From contig JAYTBU010000035.1 of NCBI GenBank assembly GCA_043736875.1, forward strand, positions 1 through 32,024: 32,024 bases of DNA, written 5' to 3'. Below are positions 25,363 to 32,024 of the stretch, in pieces. The position numbers were made by a program, and so were the translations under genes. The notes beneath the pieces were generated by a model. It was not told where the DNA came from, made no database searches, and worked only from the letters and a program-made list of their open reading frames with translations. Source of the stretch: a bacterium (lineage in GTDB: Bacteria > Patescibacteriota > Minisyncoccia > Phycocordibacterales > UBA5272). Position 1 is the first letter of the stretch. Each line of letters begins with the position of its first letter.

Positions 25363-27405
25363 ATGAAGCACACAACATATACAAAAAAAGATTTTTCTTG
25401 GGTAAATATGAAAGAAGATAAGCTTTTAGCTTTCCCAAAAATTGCAACAAATAGCATAAAAGAAAAGTTGAAAACTTTTCAAAGTATAAAAAAAGAAAAT
25501 AGAACTTTTGAAAATACTGTGTTAGCTTATGAAAATGCTAACGAAAAAGAGAGTATAACTTTTCACAAAATATCTACACTTGGTATGGTTAGTGATAAAA
25601 AAAGTATTAGAGATGCTGTGAGTGTCGCGGAGGTGGAGTTCCATAGTCTTATGGTCGATGTTAGTTATGATATTAAAAACTATAAAGCATTTAATGATTA
25701 CTATACAGGTAATTATATTTTAGAAAAAAAAGAAAATAAATTAGATTCACAAGACATTAAGTTAGTCGAGGATATATTTCGCGGTTTCAAGCGTATGGGT
25801 TTTGATTTAGAAAAAGAAAAACAAAATAGAATTAAAAAAATAGAAAAAGAAATAAGTAAATTATCTACAGAGTACGACAAGAGACTAGCTGAAAATACAG
25901 ACCATATACTATGTGACGAAGAAGAGATGTCTGGTATACCAGAAAATGTTAAAAATTCTTTTCTAAAAATAAAAATACAAGATAAAAAAACAAAAAAAAT
26001 AAAAGAATTATATAAAGTAACTTTGGAGTACCCAGAATATGGTCCATATATAAAGTATGCAGATAATAGAGAAAAAAGACAAGAGATATACAAATTATTT
26101 TCAAATCAAGGAGGCAAGAGAAATGTAGAAATATTAGAAAAATTAATTATGCTTCGTGCTGAAAAAGCAAAGATTTTAGATTATGCACATCATGCTAACT
26201 ATGTAACTGAAAATAGAATGGCTAAGAATAGTAAAAATGTCTACAGTATGATTAATAGTATGTTAAGTGGCTTAAAGAAAAAGAAAGATGAGGATTTTCA
26301 AGAGATTATAAACAAAGGAAAAGAAATAGGTATAAAAGATTTTAGATTAAGTGACAGTGAGTACATCACCAATAAGATATTAGAAGAAAAATATGCTTTT
26401 GACCAACAAGAAGTTAGGCAATATTTTCCTCTAGATCATGTGCTTACAACTATGTTCGATTTATTTGGTGGCCTTTTTGGTTTCGAGATTAAAAAAAATG
26501 ATATAAAATTATGGCACAAAGATGCTGTTTTATACGAAATACATAATAAAAAATCTAAAAACAGAAAAGAAAATAGTGAAGCAATAGCACATATTGCCAT
26601 GGATTTATTTCCAAGAGAAGGGAAGTTCGGCCATGCTTGTATGATGCCAATAATAGAAGGTGTAGAGCTGGACAGTGGTACTTATAGATCGCCACTTGTA
26701 GCTATTATTTGTAATTTTTCAAAACCACAAAAATCTACAAAAAATATAAAGTCTACACCAAGCCTACTTACTATTGGTGAAGTGGAGACTCTTTATCATG
26801 AGTTTGGGCATTCGCTACATGCAGCGTTAACTAAAGCCAAACACAACAGTCATGCAGGTACAAATGTTGTATGGGACTTTGTAGAAGTTCCTAGTCAGCT
26901 ATTAGAAGAGTGGGTGAGCGAAGAAAAAGTTTTAAGTAAAATCTCAAAACATTATGCAACAGGAAAGTCTTTGCCTAAAAATATAATATATAAAATTAAA
27001 AATCTAAAAACTTTTATGCAAGGCATGCATTATACCAGACAGTCAGTGCAGTCTCTGCTTGATATAGATCTATATACAAATAAAAAGCAAGATGCAGTCA
27101 GTCATTATCACGAGCTTACAAAAAAACATTTACACAAGCAAGAGAAAGATATTTTATTTGTAAGTAAATTTGCCCATATTGCTCGTGGTTATGATGCGGG
27201 GTATTACAGTTACATGTGGGCGGAAAATATAAGCAAAGATATATATAGTGTATTTAAAAATAAAAATATTTTTGATAAAAAAATAGGAGTAAAATACAGA
27301 AAAGAAATTTTGGAAAAAGGTGGAAGTAGGGAAGAGAGTGACAGTGCAGAGATTTTTTTAGGTAGAAAAATAAATCAAAAAGCTTTGGCTGAGTCTCTTG
27401 TGTAG
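25363..27405 (+). CDS. M3 family zinc oligopeptidase (oligopeptidase A/thimet-like)
   Basis: DLFPREGK.GHA, TLYHEFGH, DFVEVPSQLLE and GYDAGYYSYMWA motifs. Preceded by TGTTATAAT-6 nt-ATG. Confidence 0.95.
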   Translation: MKHTTYTKKDFSWVNMKEDKLLAFPKIATNSIKEKLKTFQSIKKENRTFENTVLAYENANEKESITFHKISTLGMVSDKKSIRDAVSVAEVEFHSLMVDVSYDIKNYKAFNDYYTGNYILEKKENKLDSQDIKLVEDIFRGFKRMGFDLEKEKQNRIKKIEKEISKLSTEYDKRLAENTDHILCDEEEMSGIPENVKNSFLKIKIQDKKTKKIKELYKVTLEYPEYGPYIKYADNREKRQEIYKLFSNQGGKRNVEILEKLIMLRAEKAKILDYAHHANYVTENRMAKNSKNVYSMINSMLSGLKKKKDEDFQEIINKGKEIGIKDFRLSDSEYITNKILEEKYAFDQQEVRQYFPLDHVLTTMFDLFGGLFGFEIKKNDIKLWHKDAVLYEIHNKKSKNRKENSEAIAHIAMDLFPREGKFGHACMMPIIEGVELDSGTYRSPLVAIICNFSKPQKSTKNIKSTPSLLTIGEVETLYHEFGHSLHAALTKAKHNSHAGTNVVWDFVEVPSQLLEEWVSEEKVLSKISKHYATGKSLPKNIIYKIKNLKTFMQGMHYTRQSVQSLLDIDLYTNKKQDAVSHYHELTKKHLHKQEKDILFVSKFAHIARGYDAGYYSYMWAENISKDIYSVFKNKNIFDKKIGVKYRKEILEKGGSREESDSAEIFLGRKINQKALAESLV

Positions 27406-27504
27406 CTGAGGATATTTTTCTATTTTTGTGTATAATCTTATTTTTTTATAAAAAGTTTATGCTATAATGATGATAAGAAATAGTATTTTCTAATTATAAA
27501 ATAT

Positions 27505-29088
27505 ATGCAAGAGTTATTAGATGTTATAAAAATATTTACAAGTCCAGTAGAGCCAGTACAAGGTCAAAGAGCTAGAGTGTATGTGGTGATAGAAAATAAA
27601 AATCAAACACAAGATTTTTTTGGAAAAGTGTCCTTGGAATGTAGCAAAAAAAGTTTTGGATCAGAGCAAATATTATCAGTATTTAAAGGTGGTCAAGATG
27701 GCGTATGGTTTGATGATGTTGTGCAAGAAGGAGGTGAAAATAATTGTAATGTTATTATAAATGACAATGTGGGTAAAAAAACTTATCAGGAAAATAAAAA
27801 CTTTATAGCAATAGGAGATACTGATAGAGATGGTGTTCCAGATAATACTGATAATGATGATGATAATGATGGGTTGCTGGATGTGGATGAAGTAAAGCTT
27901 GGAACTGACCCACTAAAAAAAGATACAGATGGTGACGGTGTAGAAGATAAACAAGACAAATTCCCAAAAGATAAAAGTGAATGGGTCGATTTTGATATTG
28001 ATGGTGTAGGAGATAATGCAGATAATGACGATGATAACGATGGAGTTACAGATAACGAAGAAAAAAATCTAGGTAGCGACCCTAAAAAGGCAGATAGTGA
28101 TGGTGATGGACTTTCAGATTTAAAAGAAAAAGAGCTCGGTACCAGCCTTGTTAATAAAGATACTGATGGCGATGGATTAGATGATATGTATGAGTATAAT
28201 AATGGCACAGATCCTAAAAATAGAGACAGTGACAATGATGGTATAGTAGATAGCAAGGATCCTTTTCCTTTGGATAACAAAGAAAGTTACGATACAGACA
28301 AAGATGGCAAGGGGGACAACACTGATGATGATGACGATAATGATGGTGTATTAGATATAGATGAGATAAAGTATGGTACAGATAGTAAAAAATATGACAC
28401 AGATGGTGATGGTGTAAGTGATGGTGACGAAGTTAAAAATGGTACAGATCCACTGAAAAAAGACACTGATGGTGATGGTGCAAATGATGATATTGATAAA
28501 TTCCCATTAAATAATCTTTACAGTAAGGATGTGGATGGTGATGGTCTGCCAGACGAGCTTGAAAAAAAGTATGGTATTTCTCTTTCTGTAAATAATGCAA
28601 ATGACGATGAGGATAGGGATGGAATAAGTACAAAAGATGAGTTATTAAAATATAATACAGATCCAACAAAAGCAGATACTGATGGGGACAATATAAGTGA
28701 TGAAAAAGAAATACAAATAAAAAGCTCACCAATACTTTTAGACAGCGATAGTGATGGTATAAATGATGATATGGATAAATATATTTTGGATAATAAAAAT
28801 GGAGAGGGTGATGACGACAATGATGGTATAATCACAAAAGTAGAAGAGGTAAATCATCTTGATCCTAAAAATCCAAATACTTATTTTTTAAAAGATAAAT
28901 GGAGTTATCACATTATAAATTGGTGGTGGATATATGTAATTGTTGGTATCGGTAGTTTTTTTGCAAAAAAATATCTAGAATATGTCTCATATAAAAATAG
29001 TAGAGAAGAGAAAATTAGAAATAGAAAAAGAGAATTGGACGAAGAAAATAATATCAGAAGTAGAATACTTAAAAATAATAAAAAATAA
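27505..29088 (+). CDS. Thrombospondin type-3-like calcium-binding repeat protein with C-terminal TM anchor
   Basis: Many DxDxDG repeats with E...GTDP..D and D.FP.D units; WWWIYVIVGIGSFF TM helix; charged tail. Confidence 0.85.
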   Translation: MQELLDVIKIFTSPVEPVQGQRARVYVVIENKNQTQDFFGKVSLECSKKSFGSEQILSVFKGGQDGVWFDDVVQEGGENNCNVIINDNVGKKTYQENKNFIAIGDTDRDGVPDNTDNDDDNDGLLDVDEVKLGTDPLKKDTDGDGVEDKQDKFPKDKSEWVDFDIDGVGDNADNDDDNDGVTDNEEKNLGSDPKKADSDGDGLSDLKEKELGTSLVNKDTDGDGLDDMYEYNNGTDPKNRDSDNDGIVDSKDPFPLDNKESYDTDKDGKGDNTDDDDDNDGVLDIDEIKYGTDSKKYDTDGDGVSDGDEVKNGTDPLKKDTDGDGANDDIDKFPLNNLYSKDVDGDGLPDELEKKYGISLSVNNANDDEDRDGISTKDELLKYNTDPTKADTDGDNISDEKEIQIKSSPILLDSDSDGINDDMDKYILDNKNGEGDDDNDGIITKVEEVNHLDPKNPNTYFLKDKWSYHIINWWWIYVIVGIGSFFAKKYLEYVSYKNSREEKIRNRKRELDEENNIRSRILKNNKK

Positions 29089-29092
29089 AATT

Positions 29093-30679
29093 ATGAAAGT
29101 CTCTAGAGTATATGCGGCCCAAGTTAGTGGACTAAACGGTAATATCATATCTGTAGAGACTGATGTGACTACTGGTGTATATAGCTTTGTTATAGTTGGA
29201 CTACCTGACCAGTCTGTCGCAGAAAGTAAAGAACGTGTACATGCTGCTCTTAAAAATAGCGATTATGATAGTCCTAAAAGCAGGAATCATAAACTGACTG
29301 TATCTCTTGCTCCGGCTGATATAAGAAAAGAGGGTCCTGTATTTGATCTTGCTGTCGCTATATCATACCTAGTTAGTGTTGGAGATATAAAGCGTGACGA
29401 TATAGGAGAGTTTATATTTGTTGGTGAGTTGTCGCTTATGGGCCAGCTCCAACCACTAAAAGGTGCGCTCGCTATCGCTCGCGCCATAGAAAAATCTCAC
29501 ACAGAAAAGAAAAATATTTCTGAAAAAGAAAATAAAGAATCTTTGGCTAAAATAAAAAAACCAAAACTTTTTTTACCAAAAATAAATGCAAATGAAGCAG
29601 CTTTAATATCTGGTATTGATGTCTATGGCGTAGAAAATATAAAAGAAGTGGTAGAATTTTTAAAAGGGAATATAACCCTTGAACCGTTAGAGCATCAAAA
29701 GATAATTAAAAAAGAAAATACTTATCCAGACATAGGAGAGGTGAAAGGGCAAGCGCTCGCGAAAAGGGCGCTACTTATCGCTGCCGCTGGTGGACACAAT
29801 ATTTGTCTTTATGGGCCGCCAGGAACAGGAAAGACTATGCTCGCAAAAGCTTTTACAGGCATACTTCCGGACTTATCTTTTGAGGAGAGTTTAGAAGTAA
29901 CAGGTATACACTCTGTCGCAGGATCTTCCAGAGAGATACAGACACACCCACCACTACGTAGCCCGCATCATACCAGCAGTTATGTATCTATTATTGGAGG
30001 AGGTTCTACACCAAAGCCGGGTGAGATAACCCTAGCCCACAAAGGTGTATTATTTTTAGACGAGTTCCCAGAGCATGATAGCAAAACACTAGAGGCTATG
30101 CGTGAGCCATTAGAAGATGGCATAGTTCGTATCTCAAGAGCGAGAGGGTCAGAAGTTTTCCCGGCAGATTTTATTTTACTGGCTGCCATGAATCCGTGTC
30201 CATGTGGTTATCAGGGGAGTAAAGTAAAACAGTGTACATGTAAACCAAATGATATAGATAGGTATCAAAGAAAAATATCTGGACCAATTATGGACCGTAT
30301 TGATCTTTGGGTTTTTGTACAAAATATAGCTTATGAGGAACTGAGTAAAAAAACTAATGAAGAAAAAATCTCTCCAAAATTAAGAACTGAAATAATAAAT
30401 GCTAGAGACTTTTCTAAAAATAGAAATGAAAAATTAAATATTAAAAATAAACTCAATAAAAACTACAGCAGCAAGGAGTTGCATGCGGTAGCAGACTTGG
30501 GAGAAAAAGAAATAGATACCTTAAATAAATTGTCTAATCAATTAAATATATCTCCTAGAGCATATCATAGAGTACAGAGAATAGCTAGAACTATAGCTGA
30601 TTTAGAAAACTCTGAAAAAGTTTTAGAGCAGCATATAATGGAAGCTTTTCAGTACAGACCCAAAATTGGAGTGCAATAA
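29093..30679 (+). CDS. comM: YifB/ComM Mg-chelatase-like AAA+ ATPase
   Basis: IVGLPD..V.ES.ERV, GPPGTGKT, PGEITLAHKGVLFLDEFPE and AAMNPCPCG motifs. Start moved to ATG 29093. Confidence 0.93.
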   Translation: MKVSRVYAAQVSGLNGNIISVETDVTTGVYSFVIVGLPDQSVAESKERVHAALKNSDYDSPKSRNHKLTVSLAPADIRKEGPVFDLAVAISYLVSVGDIKRDDIGEFIFVGELSLMGQLQPLKGALAIARAIEKSHTEKKNISEKENKESLAKIKKPKLFLPKINANEAALISGIDVYGVENIKEVVEFLKGNITLEPLEHQKIIKKENTYPDIGEVKGQALAKRALLIAAAGGHNICLYGPPGTGKTMLAKAFTGILPDLSFEESLEVTGIHSVAGSSREIQTHPPLRSPHHTSSYVSIIGGGSTPKPGEITLAHKGVLFLDEFPEHDSKTLEAMREPLEDGIVRISRARGSEVFPADFILLAAMNPCPCGYQGSKVKQCTCKPNDIDRYQRKISGPIMDRIDLWVFVQNIAYEELSKKTNEEKISPKLRTEIINARDFSKNRNEKLNIKNKLNKNYSSKELHAVADLGEKEIDTLNKLSNQLNISPRAYHRVQRIARTIADLENSEKVLEQHIMEAFQYRPKIGVQ

Positions 30680-30708
30680 AATAAAATTTTTTATGTTATA
30701 ATATAAAT

Positions 30709-31584
30709 ATGAAAAAAATAATAGTATTGTATCATGATAAATGCATGGATGGATCAGCTAGTGCATGGGTTTTTTGGAAAAAATATGGTGACAGTGCGGA
30801 CTATGTTGCTGTTAGTGATAGAGATAATTTGCCTGGTATATTTACAGAAGTAGATAATAAAGAAGATATTAAAAAAAACAAAAAAAACATAGATATATTC
30901 ATAGTTGATTTTTGTTATAAAAAAGAAGTATTACAAAAATTATTATCAGAATACAAAAGCTTAACTGTTTTAGACCATCATATCTCTGCAAAGAGTGATA
31001 TAGAAAGTATAGAAAATCATGTATATGGTACAGATAAGTCGGGTGCATATTTGGCTTGGGAATACGTTTTCCCGGATACGGAAGTGCCTTTGATTATAAA
31101 GTATGTTAGTGACGGAGACTTGTGGCAGCATAAGATGCTAAATCATAAAGAGGTTTTGGGTTACATACATAATCCCACATCAGAAACTGTTTTTCAAAAA
31201 TTAAATAGAATAAATAATGAATTAGAGAATAGTTTTGATCAAGTTTTAAATATTGGTAAAATACTAAAAGACTCTTTTGAGATTAGGGTTAAGTATTTAT
31301 TAGAAAACAAGAGGGAGATTGTATTTGCTGGACATAAAGTCTGGGCAGTAAATGGGCCAAGAGAAATGCGTAGTGAGGTGGGGCATGAGTTGGCAAAGAT
31401 TAGCGGCACTTTTGGTGTTTACTATTACATAGATGAGACCGGCCTCAAAATAAGCTTGCGCAGCATGTCAGATTTTGATGTATCTAAAATAGCAGAGATA
31501 TATGGGGGAGGGGGACATAAAAATGCAGCAGCGATAGATAAAAAAGATTTTGATTTTGATAGTTTATTTTCAGACTTTAAGTAA
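30709..31584 (+). CDS. DHH/DHHA1 family phosphoesterase
   Basis: YH..C.DG, IVDF, LDHH, SLRS and GGGGHKNAA motifs. Preceded by TGTTATAAT-6 nt-ATG. Confidence 0.92.
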   Translation: MKKIIVLYHDKCMDGSASAWVFWKKYGDSADYVAVSDRDNLPGIFTEVDNKEDIKKNKKNIDIFIVDFCYKKEVLQKLLSEYKSLTVLDHHISAKSDIESIENHVYGTDKSGAYLAWEYVFPDTEVPLIIKYVSDGDLWQHKMLNHKEVLGYIHNPTSETVFQKLNRINNELENSFDQVLNIGKILKDSFEIRVKYLLENKREIVFAGHKVWAVNGPREMRSEVGHELAKISGTFGVYYYIDETGLKISLRSMSDFDVSKIAEIYGGGGHKNAAAIDKKDFDFDSLFSDFK

Positions 31585-31585
31585 A

Positions 31586-32023
31586 TTATTTTTGACAAAT
31601 ATCACAAAAAATAGTAGCCCTACCAGCTATAATAGTTTTCTTTAAAGTATTTTTACATATAGAGCAAGGTGTATTATTTTTACCATAAACTTTGTGCATT
31701 TTAGCATAACCTCCAGCGCTACCATCCGAAAGTTTGTAGTCAGATATAGATGATCCTCCCATTTCTATCGCCATCTTTAATATTTTCTGTATATTTGTAT
31801 ACAAGGTTTTTAATTCGTCACCAGCTAAAGTTTTGGTATTTCTAATTGGCAATACTTTAGAAGCAAAACACACTTCATCAGCATATATATTGCCACAGCC
31901 AACTACCACAGACTGTTCTAGCAGGACTTGCTTTATATTTTTATTTTTAGTTTTTATATTTTCTGTAAAATATTCTAGTGTAAAGTTTTTATCAAAAGGT
32001 TCTAGTCCTATTTTTTGAAAGTG
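31586..32023 (-). CDS. mutM: Formamidopyrimidine-DNA glycosylase, C-terminal part (5' truncated by window edge)
   Basis: H2TH motif G.GNIYADE, GGSSISDY, and zinc finger CSIC...GRAT.FCDICQ. Confidence 0.93.
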   Translation of the reverse strand, partial: HFQKIGLEPFDKNFTLEYFTENIKTKNKNIKQVLLEQSVVVGCGNIYADEVCFASKVLPIRNTKTLAGDELKTLYTNIQKILKMAIEMGGSSISDYKLSDGSAGGYAKMHKVYGKNNTPCSICKNTLKKTIIAGRATIFCDICQK

Positions 32024-32024
32024 G

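Noticed and set aside
27814-28875. GATGGTGAT-type DNA repeats as a non-coding array
   Set aside because: Explained by Asp/Gly codons of the protein repeats. The antisense ORFs here are shadows.
28982-29092. N-terminal extension of ComM
   Set aside because: It overlaps the upstream CDS; family similarity begins at ATG 29093.
158-32018. Many 60-160 aa ORFs antisense to or nested in confident genes
   Set aside because: They have no motifs and are typical shadow frames of real CDSs.
1-32024. Alternative genetic code (TGA recoded)
   Set aside because: Conserved genes are intact in code 11 and TGA ends genes at sensible positions.

Overview
AT-rich bacterial chromosomal window, read with genetic code 11 (TGA is used as a stop at 16648 and 25262). 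The gene content suggests Patescibacteria/CPR, probably Parcubacteria-like; this is an inference from a short AlaRS, a stand-alone VirD4/HerA-like ATPase, a coiled-coil lytic transglycosylase, a tail-spike-like adhesin and ComM. Housekeeping genes (tatD, tsaD, rlmH, rpmE, tRNA-Cys, mreB-mreC-mrdA, greA, alaS, comM, mutM) are mixed with cell-surface and orphan genes. No CRISPR array, rRNA, integrase or transposase was seen. Main unexplained structures: (1) the tRNA-Cys CCA end supplies the A of the mreB ATG, and a degenerate tRNA-Cys copy lies directly upstream; (2) four perfect GC-rich hairpins share a C-GNA-G triloop, all on the + strand, two of them inside coding sequences; (3) six genes have TGTTATAAT exactly 6 nt before the ATG, implying leaderless mRNAs; (4) an alpha/beta hydrolase is split at an in-frame T_TTT_TTA -1 slippery site; (5) an unannotated 51-aa membrane ORF sits in the mreD position; (6) a DnaA-box cluster lies upstream of the adhesin gene.
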